From Escherichia phage Mt1B1_P17, in the sequence record NC_052662.1: a stretch of DNA of 64,000 nt. The stretch is one strand, 5' to 3'. The notes beneath the pieces were generated by a model that worked only from the letters and a program-made list of their open reading frames with translations, did not search any database and was not told where the DNA came from. The position numbers and the translations under genes are program-made. The stretch's first letter is position 1, and each line of letters opens with the position of its first letter. Shown piece by piece: positions 8,981 through 18,351 of the stretch.

Positions 8981-9543
8981 TGGGTTGTTTTAGCTTTTTG
9001 TGCAAAGAATCGGGCAAAGCTGCCCTTTCTACTTCTTTCGACGGATCACCTTGCTACCTCTTTCTTTTGAAGGACGGTGTTGTTATTGAAGAGATGTATG
9101 GCAACTATGATAGTTATGGTTGTGTTTTCTCTGGAAAGGAGGATGAAAATGGTGTTCGTGAACGATTTGAATGGGCTATGGATTGGAGTAAGGTTTGTGA
9201 TTTGATGCATTCCTCAAATCCAAGGGACGGTATCGCTATGGTGCTGGAAGAGTACTTTACAGGTGAAATCCCTACAGAACAATCTGACGGAGATCCTAAC
9301 CAAGGTTGGGGTGATGGTGAAGAAGATCCAGATTGTTTTTTCAGCACAGAAAAGAATAAGTTTAAACGTGTTGACAACCCTTATCACAAAGTGCATAATA
9401 CTCTCATTGAAACAAAAGATGACAAGATGGAAATTGAAGAAGATGATCCTCTTGTAACACTTCCTATAAGTGAGTTACAAAAGATCACTAAGGAAGCTTA
9501 CGATTTGGGCTTCAAAATTGGTAGAGGAGGTATGCGTGTTTAG
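8980..9543 (+). CDS. Hypothetical protein
   Basis: ORF, 187 aa. Confidence 0.45.
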   Translation: MGCFSFLCKESGKAALSTSFDGSPCYLFLLKDGVVIEEMYGNYDSYGCVFSGKEDENGVRERFEWAMDWSKVCDLMHSSNPRDGIAMVLEEYFTGEIPTEQSDGDPNQGWGDGEEDPDCFFSTEKNKFKRVDNPYHKVHNTLIETKDDKMEIEEDDPLVTLPISELQKITKEAYDLGFKIGRGGMRV

Positions 9544-9814
9544 ATTCAATATTCAAGAAGAAAAAAGTCAGGATTTACCTATTGCTTTCGAAGATCTTGA
9601 CGTAGGGGCCACATTCATGTATTATGATGCCTATGAAGACGCAGGGTTGGATACCTACCGTAACTTGGTGTTCATTAAAAATTCCACAAACAGTGCGATT
9701 TGTATTAATGGATCACTAGCACAACGAGGCTATACTCATTGCATCCCACCAGATACAAATATGGTGGAAGTAGATTTAGAAGTTACCAATATTACACTTA
9801 AGAAGGAGAAATAA
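9536..9814 (+). CDS. Small protein, paralog A of duplicated cassette
   Basis: GTG start 7 nt after GAGGAGG; homologous to 10836..11105 (shared DLDVG.TF and C-terminal ITLK). Confidence 0.45.
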   Translation: MFRFNIQEEKSQDLPIAFEDLDVGATFMYYDAYEDAGLDTYRNLVFIKNSTNSAICINGSLAQRGYTHCIPPDTNMVEVDLEVTNITLKKEK

Positions 9815-9815
9815 T

Positions 9816-10610
9816 ATGTCCGAGAAAATCAGCCTGAAAAAACGTCAAGAAAACCTTGCTTTCTCTCTGAAAAAGAATAAGAACCTGAATGAAGGTAAGA
9901 TTGTTCTTCGTGTAGCATGTGCTCTAGATATTTCTGGTAGTATGCATGGTCTATATTCTAGTGGGGTAGTGAGTGATTTTGTAGGTAAACTGCTTCCTTT
10001 TGGTATGCTGTTCGACGATAATCAACAAATTGATATGTGGGCCTTCAATACGAGTTCCCAAGAGCTTACTCCAGCAACAGCAGACGTTTACGATGACTAT
10101 GTTGGTAAATGTATGCGTAATGTTCGTATCGGAGGTGGAACAAATTACGCCCCTGTAATGGCAGATATCTACGATGAGTATTTTGGCACTGTTACCAAAT
10201 ATATTACCACTAAACAAGTGGTACAAGAGGAGGCTCCAAAGAAAGGCTTCTTTAATCGTCTGCTTGGTAAAACTGAAACAGTGTCTGTAGAGCGTGAAAA
10301 AGTTGTAGCTGTATCTGAACCAGGTGCTGACGTTACCCCTGGTGTTGTATTCTTCCAGACGGATGGTGAGAATGGTGATCCTAGTGCTGTTCGTCGTCTT
10401 ATTGAAGAGAATAAGAATAAACCTATTTATTGGTTCATGGTTGGCGTTGGTAATGAGAAGTTTGGGTTCCTGAAAGAACTGGCAAATGCTTATGATAATG
10501 TTGGTTTTATTGGCATTAAAGATTTAGACTTGACAGATTCAGAGCTTTATGACAAACTCTTATCTGAAGAGTTCGGAGAGTGGGTTGTTAAAGTAGGTGC
10601 TAAAAAATGA
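9816..10610 (+). CDS. von Willebrand factor A domain protein (TerY-like)
   Basis: MIDAS DISGS, downstream GGGTNYAPV and FFQTDGENGD motifs; N-terminus KISLKK like TerD proteins. Confidence 0.6.
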   Translation: MSEKISLKKRQENLAFSLKKNKNLNEGKIVLRVACALDISGSMHGLYSSGVVSDFVGKLLPFGMLFDDNQQIDMWAFNTSSQELTPATADVYDDYVGKCMRNVRIGGGTNYAPVMADIYDEYFGTVTKYITTKQVVQEEAPKKGFFNRLLGKTETVSVEREKVVAVSEPGADVTPGVVFFQTDGENGDPSAVRRLIEENKNKPIYWFMVGVGNEKFGFLKELANAYDNVGFIGIKDLDLTDSELYDKLLSEEFGEWVVKVGAKK

Positions 10611-10855
10611 TCGACGAGCTTGCCTCTCAAGTCATAGAAAATTATTGGCGCGAGAGAGAAGCTTTCATTATGCGCAGTCTCAAAGAGTATTTCATTGGGA
10701 CTGTGCGAATGGAAGATATTGTAAGTAGAGTGGAGATTCATGTATGGCCCGATTATGAAGAATGGGTTGACAAAGAAAATGAAAATGCTATAATTCTTCG
10801 TATATACAAACCGGAGATAACATTAGGAGGAAGAAGTGTTAAACTTCGAAATTGA
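10607..10855 (+). CDS. Hypothetical protein
   Basis: ORF, 82 aa. Confidence 0.4.
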   Translation: MIDELASQVIENYWREREAFIMRSLKEYFIGTVRMEDIVSRVEIHVWPDYEEWVDKENENAIILRIYKPEITLGGRSVKLRN

Positions 10856-11105
10856 TGAGCAAAAAGTAAATAAACGATGCCTTACCATTAAAGATTTGGA
10901 TGTAGGAGATACTTTCGTCTATGAAAATGCATTTGACGAAAATGGTTTAGACCTTAGTGAAATCATTGTTTATTTAAAAGTAGATGATGGGGAAAATGAT
11001 TATTCTGCTGTAGAACTAAACCATCATGCACAATTAGTATCAATCCAAAACACATCTAAGCTTTTGGAAGTAGAATTGACTGTAACTGGTATTACACTTA
11101 AATAA
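10836..11105 (+). CDS. Small protein, paralog B of duplicated cassette
   Basis: GTG start after AGGAGG; homologous to 9536..9814. Confidence 0.45.
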   Translation: MLNFEIDEQKVNKRCLTIKDLDVGDTFVYENAFDENGLDLSEIIVYLKVDDGENDYSAVELNHHAQLVSIQNTSKLLEVELTVTGITLK

Positions 11106-11120
11106 TAGAGGAGACAAAAG

Positions 11121-11723
11121 ATGACTGATAAAATTTCCCTGAAAAAAGGCTCTAGCGAAAAAATTTCCCTGAAGAAAGTTGCTCCGGCTCTGAAAGAACT
11201 GCGCCTGGAATTCTCTTGGAAATCTGATTCTAAACTGGATCTGGATGTAAGTGCACTGGTTTGTCGTCACAATGCCGCTGGTAATCCTGAAATGCTGTCT
11301 GCACGTCATCTGGTTTGCTATGCTAACAAGTTTGATCCTGAACGTTCTACCTTCGCTGGTGACGATGTTCGTGATGGAACTGGCAGCATGGAGCAGATTG
11401 ATATTACTCTGGCTAAAATCTCTCCTGATGCACAAGAGATTGCCTTTGTTCTGACCATTGATGATGATACAGGTCTGAAACGTTTTGGTCATGCTTCTGA
11501 AGGTATGCTTAAAATCTTCGACTCCGAGCGCAATGTGGAAATTCTGGATTTTGACTTCCTGGCTCCTGAAGTAGCTGGCAACACAATCTGCCACGTGGCT
11601 TCCTTGGTTCGTGAAGATGGGGAATGGAAGCTGAAAGCATATGGTGTAGGTAAAGCTGGTCTGGATATTTGTGATGTGGTGATGGCCTTCGGTGGTAAAA
11701 AAGAATGGTATGAATGTCCATAA
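11121..11723 (+). CDS. terD: TerD-domain protein
   Basis: N-terminal KISLKK repeated twice; acidic segments FAGDDVRDGTGS and LTIDDD fit TerD Ca-binding regions. Confidence 0.6.
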   Translation: MTDKISLKKGSSEKISLKKVAPALKELRLEFSWKSDSKLDLDVSALVCRHNAAGNPEMLSARHLVCYANKFDPERSTFAGDDVRDGTGSMEQIDITLAKISPDAQEIAFVLTIDDDTGLKRFGHASEGMLKIFDSERNVEILDFDFLAPEVAGNTICHVASLVREDGEWKLKAYGVGKAGLDICDVVMAFGGKKEWYECP

Positions 11724-11741
11724 TAATTAACAAATGATTTT

Positions 11742-11761
11742 GAGGGGGAGAAATCCCCCTC
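11742..11761. repeat. Palindromic GC hairpin element, copy 1
   Basis: GAGGGGGA-GAAA-TCCCCCTC; near-identical copy at 30063..30080. Confidence 0.5.
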
Positions 11762-11790
11762 TTGCAATAAAGCCTCTATCGTGTTATACT
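11762..11790 (+). promoter_or_regulatory. Putative sigma70-like promoter
   Basis: TTGCAA, 17 nt spacer, TATACT, upstream of cell wall hydrolase gene. Confidence 0.5.
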
Positions 11791-11822
11791 AGAAATTCGT
11801 TAACTTAAAAAGGAGGCAAAAT

Positions 11823-12344
11823 TTGCTGATAAAAAACTTTGTAACAGTTGCGTTACTATCCTTAACTGCTTTTACATTTACACCTGTTGTGGCGAAAGCC
11901 GAAGCTGCAAACGTAAAAACCGCTAAAGTAGTTCACAAATGTACAAAGCAATATAATGATAAAATTCTATTAGCTTGTGCAATTTACGCAGAAGGTCGTG
12001 GTCTGGGTAAAAAAGGAATGAATGCCGTTGGGAATGTGGTAATCAACAGAAGAAATGATACCTACTTCCCTAACACAGTCAGAGGAGTCTTGTTCCAGAA
12101 AGGACAATTCTCATATGCGAAAACTTTTAACGTAACAGAGAAAGATAAGTGGCAGGAAGCAAAAGCAATAGCGGAGCGTTTACTTTATTTAGAGAAACAT
12201 TTTCCTGAATTGCGGTCTGTTTTAGATGTTACTAAAGGTGCTCTATACTTCAAGAAACGGAATATAAGGACACACTGGGAACGTGATATGCGTCTTGTTT
12301 ATCGAGATAAAGTGCATGGTTTCTATCTACCAAAGGGGAGTTAA
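11823..12344 (+). CDS. Secreted cell wall hydrolase, SleB-like (candidate lysin)
   Basis: TTG start after AGGAGG; signal peptide ending AKAEA; core CAIYAEGRG...VINRRND...GQFS. Confidence 0.55.
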   Translation: MLIKNFVTVALLSLTAFTFTPVVAKAEAANVKTAKVVHKCTKQYNDKILLACAIYAEGRGLGKKGMNAVGNVVINRRNDTYFPNTVRGVLFQKGQFSYAKTFNVTEKDKWQEAKAIAERLLYLEKHFPELRSVLDVTKGALYFKKRNIRTHWERDMRLVYRDKVHGFYLPKGS

Positions 12345-12345
12345 A

Positions 12346-12630
12346 ATGCAAGAAGATAATACTGTTGTTGTAGCAAGTTACCTGGTTGTCGGTCTTACCG
12401 AAGAAGACGTATACTACACCCGTAAGCATTTGGAAGCATACGCTACTTTGTTTATGGAAGATGAAAAGGATGTAGATAAATATAGCATTGATATGATCAA
12501 CGACAGTATTTATCCTTGTATGGTTCTTAAAGTAGATGCTGTGTTGTGGGAGCGTTTTGCAAGGACTCATGATGCTGTAGAATGCTCCGCAGTAATGTCT
12601 CAAAACAACATTTTAGGGGAGATTCATTGA
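12346..12630 (+). CDS. Hypothetical protein
   Basis: ORF from ATG after GGGGAG RBS; 94 aa. Confidence 0.4.
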   Translation: MQEDNTVVVASYLVVGLTEEDVYYTRKHLEAYATLFMEDEKDVDKYSIDMINDSIYPCMVLKVDAVLWERFARTHDAVECSAVMSQNNILGEIH

Positions 12631-12860
12631 TGGGAGAAGTCATTGAAGTCAATTTTCGCACTAAACAGAAAGTGCAAAAATATGTCGTTATTAAAAACAT
12701 TTGCGTTGTCTGCTTCAATACAGTAATATACGACTCACGACGCGGAGAAAACGAAAATGAACCTTACATTGAAATTTCTAAGAACAAAGGTCAATGTATT
12801 TGTAAGAACTGTGCAGTAGCTATTAAGGAGGTTGTAAATGAAAACGCTTGGGACCAATGA
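12630..12860 (+). CDS. Hypothetical Cys-rich small protein
   Basis: ATG overlaps previous stop; CVVC...CKNC pattern. Confidence 0.35.
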   Translation: MGEVIEVNFRTKQKVQKYVVIKNICVVCFNTVIYDSRRGENENEPYIEISKNKGQCICKNCAVAIKEVVNENAWDQ

Positions 12861-13029
12861 AACTGGCGAAATCTCTCTTCAAGAAGTGACAAACGACAAG
12901 CTGATTAAACTACGGGATGTAGCTCGTGACCATCTCCAAGAATCTTTTAAAGAATATATGGAAGCACGAGATCGTGTGATCCAGATTCAACAAGAAATGA
13001 TTAAACGTGGGATTGTAGCTGACAGTTAA
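12838..13029 (+). CDS. Hypothetical protein
   Basis: ORF with AAGGAGG RBS; 63 aa. Confidence 0.35.
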   Translation: MKTLGTNETGEISLQEVTNDKLIKLRDVARDHLQESFKEYMEARDRVIQIQQEMIKRGIVADS

Positions 13030-13045
13030 TATAACGGAGGGGAGA

Positions 13046-13609
13046 ATGATTTATTATATTACTCCCTATCTGACAGGAAATATCGGCAAGGCTATCAATA
13101 AAGCCATTGCCGTTCTTCCAGATGATAGTTGGGTGTGTTTAAGAGATACCGATACAATGTTCCTCCTACCTGATCAACCATCTATGCTTGAAGAGCTTGT
13201 TATGTCAAACCCGCCTTTTGATGTAATAGGTGCAACTTGTAACAGGTTAGGCAGTGGTTATCAGCTTTTCTCTAACCAAATTAACGATGATCCAGATATT
13301 CTAAACCATATAGAATATGCTAAGATTGCAAGAGAATATCATAAAGTGAGTGTTGAAGAAGTTCCTTTCGGAACACCTCTGGCAGGTTTCTTCTTGCTTT
13401 TTAGAAAATCATTGTGGAATGAAATTCCTTTCGAAGAAAAATCTATCCAATTCGACTTAATTTTCTCTCGCACTTTACATGAAAAAGGAAAGAGGTTAGG
13501 ATTGATGCGGGGAATGTATCTGTTTCACATTTACAGATTAGGTCAAATAAATCCTCAACGGTCTATACATCATTTATTACACTGTCATGATCACAGTAAA
13601 ACTATTTAG
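13046..13609 (+). CDS. Glycosyltransferase, GT-A-like
   Basis: DxD-type RDTDT and FFLLFRKSLW segment reminiscent of family 2 glycosyltransferases. Confidence 0.45.
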   Translation: MIYYITPYLTGNIGKAINKAIAVLPDDSWVCLRDTDTMFLLPDQPSMLEELVMSNPPFDVIGATCNRLGSGYQLFSNQINDDPDILNHIEYAKIAREYHKVSVEEVPFGTPLAGFFLLFRKSLWNEIPFEEKSIQFDLIFSRTLHEKGKRLGLMRGMYLFHIYRLGQINPQRSIHHLLHCHDHSKTI

Positions 13610-13617
13610 GAGAGAAA

Positions 13618-14301
13618 ATGGAAAATATTAAAATTGGAGTGGGTGTTATCACTGTAGGTGTCCGTCCACTTAAAGACTACCTTGTAACAGATCCACGTGC
13701 AGATTTTCGAGTATTCAACGATCCAGATCGTAAAGGTGTAGCTTATGCCAGGAATGAACTTATGCACCAGTTTTATGAAGAAGGTTATGATTATTGGTTT
13801 ATTTTTGACGACGATTGCTACCCAGTCATGGAGGGATGGGAAACATACTTTGTAGATCAAGCTGTCTCTGGAGGATGGGATTTCTTTGGTATGCCGGAGT
13901 ATTTCAAAGATAAAGTTGTTGGAAGCAAAGGAGAAGTTATTCTCTGGGAACTTGCAATGTGTCAATTTGCAATGTATTCTCGTGCCGTTGTTGAGAAGAT
14001 GGGTTATTTCCGTCCTTACACTCACGGCTATGGTTTTGAAGATGCTGAATGGGGACACCGTTTGCAAGCTGCTGGTTTGAATCATGGTATTCAGGCAACA
14101 CCTTGTCCACTTCGTATCATGGCTTATATCCACCCAGACGATGTTTTTGGAAACAACCCTATGCCTTTTGCTAATCTGACAAAAGAAGAGAAAGAAGCTG
14201 CTATCGGGATTAACTGGGAAGAATATAAAGCATCTTTAGAGGATATTAAAAATGGGAAAATCCGAATTTCCTATGAGGAGGCACTGGCACATGTCAAATA
14301 A
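13618..14301 (+). CDS. Glycosyltransferase, GT-A-like
   Basis: FIFDDDCYP (DxD) and GYGFEDAEW segments. Confidence 0.45.
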   Translation: MENIKIGVGVITVGVRPLKDYLVTDPRADFRVFNDPDRKGVAYARNELMHQFYEEGYDYWFIFDDDCYPVMEGWETYFVDQAVSGGWDFFGMPEYFKDKVVGSKGEVILWELAMCQFAMYSRAVVEKMGYFRPYTHGYGFEDAEWGHRLQAAGLNHGIQATPCPLRIMAYIHPDDVFGNNPMPFANLTKEEKEAAIGINWEEYKASLEDIKNGKIRISYEEALAHVK

Positions 14302-15238
14302 AAAATGGTCTAAACTAAAAATTGATGCAAAACCTCATAGCGGTTGTGACTATCATCGTATTGTTATGCCATTTAACAACAATAATTTTCAACCTAAGAA
14401 AGATATTGTTGTGTTTAACCGTATCCACTCTAAAGGTGCAGAATACGTTTTATCTTTGAAACGTCAAGGTGTTAAGGTTGTTGTAGATTTAGATGATTTT
14501 TACCAACTTAATCCAGAGCATTATTTAGCAAGTCTATACGAGTCAAACACTCATGCTATTGTAGCTATGGTTAAGCTTGCTGATGTGGTTATTGTGACTA
14601 CAGAATATTTGGCATATAAGATCCGTCACTTAAATAGAAATGTCGTTGTGATCCGAAATGCACTTCCTTTTGATAGCGGACAATTCACTTTGTCAAATGA
14701 TCGTTCATCCGGTACCCCTGTTGTATGGGCTGGCGGTGCTAGTCACGAACCAGATTTACGACTAGTCTCTAATACTTTCGATGATGAACTTCTTACTATT
14801 GCGGGATATGAAGCATCACAAAGCATCACGGGACAAGAGTGGATTAAGATTCGCAGAAATTTACCAAATGCCAAATATAAAGCTGCTGTAAAAGATTTAG
14901 ATAATTACATGAGTGTTTACGAAAGTCATGCTATTGCTATAGCTCCTTTGGTAGACAATGATTTTAATAATTGTAAAAGTAATCTCAAAATCCTGGAAGC
15001 TGGAGCAAAAGGTATTCCGATTGTTTGTTCTAAGGTATTACCTTATTTTAACCCTGTAGATGCTCGCGCTGTTGCTTACGCAGAGAATAAAGCAGAATGG
15101 CATTACGAAATTGTTAAGCTTCTTCGCAATCCAAACTATCGGGAAGATCGTGGCTTGTTCTTGGCTGAACATGTTCGAACACATTATAATCTGGCAGATG
15201 CAAACGAGTTGCGACGCCAGGTTATTGAAAGTTTGTAG
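14291..15238 (+). CDS. Glycosyltransferase, GT-B-like, paralog 1
   Basis: SNLKILEAGAKGIPIVCS C-terminal motif; paralogous to 15246..16190. Confidence 0.45.
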   Translation: MSNKKWSKLKIDAKPHSGCDYHRIVMPFNNNNFQPKKDIVVFNRIHSKGAEYVLSLKRQGVKVVVDLDDFYQLNPEHYLASLYESNTHAIVAMVKLADVVIVTTEYLAYKIRHLNRNVVVIRNALPFDSGQFTLSNDRSSGTPVVWAGGASHEPDLRLVSNTFDDELLTIAGYEASQSITGQEWIKIRRNLPNAKYKAAVKDLDNYMSVYESHAIAIAPLVDNDFNNCKSNLKILEAGAKGIPIVCSKVLPYFNPVDARAVAYAENKAEWHYEIVKLLRNPNYREDRGLFLAEHVRTHYNLADANELRRQVIESL

Positions 15239-15245
15239 GTGAAGT

Positions 15246-16190
15246 ATGGGACAAATAATTCTTGACAATCGTAACGGAATCAATTATAGTGTCTGCGATT
15301 TCCATAGGGTAGTGCTGCCTTACTCAAGGCAGTTCTCTTCACAACCTAAATACAACGTTTTCGTTTTTAACGGAGTGCCAACAAAAGGTAAAGAGGGCTT
15401 TTTAGCCCTTAAAAACCTAGGCTTTAAAATGGTTATGGATTTGGATGACTCTTTAGTTATTCCAAAAGGACACATGTTAGAAGGTATTTTTGAATCAGGT
15501 ATTCGTGAACATTTAAAATGGTTTTTAGAGCACAGTGATCTTGTTACAACTACGACACCTGCCTTGCAAGTTGAACTTTCACAATACAATGATAATGTGC
15601 ACATAATCCCTAATGGACTTCCTTATGATGAAGGTCAATTTGTGTTGACCCGTGATCGCTACTCCAAAACTCCATTAGTCTGGGCTGGAAGTGAAACACA
15701 TAAACAAGATTTGGCTATCTTGCCCGATTTTGGTAAAGATCTTACAATATGTGGTTTTCGTAGGGATTCTGAAGTTTTAAGTAGTCGTGAATGGTCTGTA
15801 ATCAGAGAAAATGTAGCACCAACTTGTGTTTATGAAGGTGTAAGACCATATGCCAACTACATGGAATCTTACGATGGTCATCAAATCAGTCTTGCGCCAT
15901 TGATTGATAACGTGTTTAATAATGCAAAAAGCAATCTTAAAATTCTTGAGGCAGGTGCTAAGGGTTTACCTTTGATCTGTTCTCCTCGTGAGAATTATCA
16001 TACACAAGAGTTTAAAGATTTGTTATTCTTTGCTGAAACACCTTCCGAGTGGAAAGATATTACGGAATACTTATTAAGTGCTCCCGATGTTTGCATGGAG
16101 AAAGGATTAGCATTAGCTAAGTATGTCAGGACTCATTATCACATTGATGTGTTGAATGAGCGTCGTAGACTTTTATTTGAGGAGCTATAA
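15246..16190 (+). CDS. Glycosyltransferase, GT-B-like, paralog 2
   Basis: SNLKILEAGAKGLPLICS; shared CD(Y/F)HR, DLDD and VWAG segments with the upstream paralog. Confidence 0.45.
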   Translation: MGQIILDNRNGINYSVCDFHRVVLPYSRQFSSQPKYNVFVFNGVPTKGKEGFLALKNLGFKMVMDLDDSLVIPKGHMLEGIFESGIREHLKWFLEHSDLVTTTTPALQVELSQYNDNVHIIPNGLPYDEGQFVLTRDRYSKTPLVWAGSETHKQDLAILPDFGKDLTICGFRRDSEVLSSREWSVIRENVAPTCVYEGVRPYANYMESYDGHQISLAPLIDNVFNNAKSNLKILEAGAKGLPLICSPRENYHTQEFKDLLFFAETPSEWKDITEYLLSAPDVCMEKGLALAKYVRTHYHIDVLNERRRLLFEEL

Positions 16191-16468
16191 TGATTAACAC
16201 TTTTGATTTTGAATACACCACTCGTAACGGGAAAGCCTTAGTTGTGGAGGTGGATTACTATTATGAAGAGCCTAACCCGCTTTCTCGTGAAAGTGATTGG
16301 GATTACCACGGAGGGCTTTTAATTGACGGTATTCGTTTTTATGAAGGCTCTACAGAAGTTTTTGAAAAAGATTTAAATGTAACTGTAGCAGAAATTGCTT
16401 TCCAATTTAGAAAGCATATGGAAGAACTAGAAGCAGAATATATGATGGAGACTAACGAACCATTTTAA
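16190..16468 (+). CDS. Hypothetical protein
   Basis: ORF, 92 aa; start overlaps previous stop. Confidence 0.4.
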   Translation: MINTFDFEYTTRNGKALVVEVDYYYEEPNPLSRESDWDYHGGLLIDGIRFYEGSTEVFEKDLNVTVAEIAFQFRKHMEELEAEYMMETNEPF

Positions 16469-16480
16469 CAGGAGAACAAA

Positions 16481-18259
16481 GTGTCGCACATTATAACTAA
16501 ATATGGATTTGATGTTGATCTTAGCAAGGAAGGGCATACAGGTTGTCCGCGCTGCATGAAAAATGGCAAGGATCGCTCTCGTAATAACCTGATGGTTTAT
16601 GGATTAGATTCTAATGGAGAGCATAAAGGTGCTAAGTGCTTTGCGTGTGAATACACTATTCCTAGCGTAGAATGGTTACGAGAAAATGGTGAAGTTTTAG
16701 AAGAAGAGGAGGAGATTGTGGGTTCGGAATTTAATAAACAGATTCATCGTAAAATTGTTCAAGAAACATCAACCAACCCACGTGGTTATCGAGGCATTAA
16801 AGAAAAAGTTTCATCTTTCTATGGTGTTCGTTATGAATACCGTCAGGAAGGGGATCAGATGGTAGTAGAAAGTTGTTTATATCCGACTACTATCGGTAAA
16901 GAATTGGTTGGTTTTAAGCGTCGTATTCATCCTAAAGATTTCAGTAAACCTATTGGTCAAGTAGGTAAAGATGTAGATCTTTTTGGACAAATTCGTTTTG
17001 CAGACCGTTCTCATACTGTGGTAATTACAGGTGGTGAACACGATGCTCTGGCAGCTTATCAAATGCTATCTGAAAACTTGGACAACAAGTATGAACTTCC
17101 AGCAGTAGTTAGTGGCACAACTGGTGAAACCAGTATGTATAAACAAGTTCAGGCACAATATCCTTTCTTTGAAAAATTTAAGAAGATTATTGTTTGCATG
17201 GATAATGATAAAGCAGGTAATGAGGCATTTGAAAATATTGTTAAGGTGCTGCCTCGTAACAAAGTCTACCGTATGCAGATGGATCTTAAGGATGCCAATC
17301 AGTATCTGGAAGAAGGTCGTGCAAAAGATTTCGTAAAAGCTTTTTGGAGTGCTCGTCTATACACCCCAGCAGGTGTTTATGCTTCTAATGTCTTGTATGA
17401 AGCTGCATTAGAATGCTTGGAATCCAAGATGATTACCTTGCCTCCTTTTATGCGTGTAGCTGCAAACATGCTGGGTGGTGGTTTAGTAGAGGAAGAGATT
17501 ACAGTCATCCTGGCAAAGACCAGTATCGGTAAAACTTTGATGGTGAACGAGATCACCAAACATATTATTGTTGCGCACCCAGAACATACCCTAGGTATCC
17601 TGTCCTTGGAAGCAACTTATAAGAAATATTCTCGTAACCTGTTGTCCTCGTTCCTGCATATTCCTCTACACAGGAAAACACCGGAAGAGAAATTTCAAAT
17701 CTTGGAAGAGAATAAAGAAAAAATCCTAGATTTTTACGAAAGAGAAGATGGATCACCACGTTTTTATGTATGTGATGATCGTGGAGCAGATGTGGAGTCT
17801 ATCAAAGAAAAAGTTTTGGAGATGATCATCTATTTTGGAGTAACAATTCTTGTTATCGACCCTTATTCTGATTTGCTTTCTGGTATGGATGTTCAAGCCC
17901 AAGAAGAGTTAGCAACATGGTTGAAGCGCATTATGAAAGAGTATGCTATAACTATTATCGTCATCTCACACGTTAAGAAATCGGCTAATGGTGGCAATGA
18001 ACACTTAACAGAGGACGATGCAATGGGTAGTAGTTTCTTGGCTAAAGGTGCTGGTATTACCTTGGCTTTGGAACGAGATAAAGCCGCTGAAGACCCTGTA
18101 GAACGCAATACGACTCATTGCTTTATCCTAAAAAACCGTGAGTTCTCGGAAACTGGTCCGGCAGGGCAGTTTTACTATGACATTAGAACTGCAACTCTGC
18201 ATGACAAAGAGCAGTATTTCAACAATCCTGCTAATTTGCCTACGGATAGCAACTATTAA
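16481..18259 (+). CDS. DNA primase-helicase
   Basis: GTG start; N-terminal zinc finger CPRC...CFAC; Walker A ILAKTSIGKT and Walker B-like LVIDPYSD in C-terminal half. Confidence 0.7.
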   Translation: MSHIITKYGFDVDLSKEGHTGCPRCMKNGKDRSRNNLMVYGLDSNGEHKGAKCFACEYTIPSVEWLRENGEVLEEEEEIVGSEFNKQIHRKIVQETSTNPRGYRGIKEKVSSFYGVRYEYRQEGDQMVVESCLYPTTIGKELVGFKRRIHPKDFSKPIGQVGKDVDLFGQIRFADRSHTVVITGGEHDALAAYQMLSENLDNKYELPAVVSGTTGETSMYKQVQAQYPFFEKFKKIIVCMDNDKAGNEAFENIVKVLPRNKVYRMQMDLKDANQYLEEGRAKDFVKAFWSARLYTPAGVYASNVLYEAALECLESKMITLPPFMRVAANMLGGGLVEEEITVILAKTSIGKTLMVNEITKHIIVAHPEHTLGILSLEATYKKYSRNLLSSFLHIPLHRKTPEEKFQILEENKEKILDFYEREDGSPRFYVCDDRGADVESIKEKVLEMIIYFGVTILVIDPYSDLLSGMDVQAQEELATWLKRIMKEYAITIIVISHVKKSANGGNEHLTEDDAMGSSFLAKGAGITLALERDKAAEDPVERNTTHCFILKNREFSETGPAGQFYYDIRTATLHDKEQYFNNPANLPTDSNY

Positions 18260-18278
18260 GGGCTTCGGCCCTTTTATT
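18260..18278 (+). terminator. Rho-independent terminator
   Basis: GGGCTTCGGCCC hairpin followed by TTTTATT. Confidence 0.6.
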
Positions 18279-18289
18279 AAAAATACCTG

Positions 18290-18318
18290 TTGACAACTTT
18301 ACGGCAGAGACTTATACT
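18290..18318 (+). promoter_or_regulatory. Strong sigma70-like promoter
   Basis: TTGACA, 17 nt spacer, TATACT. Confidence 0.6.
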
Positions 18319-18351
18319 TGTCTCATCAACCAAACAAGAGGAGAAGTAAAA

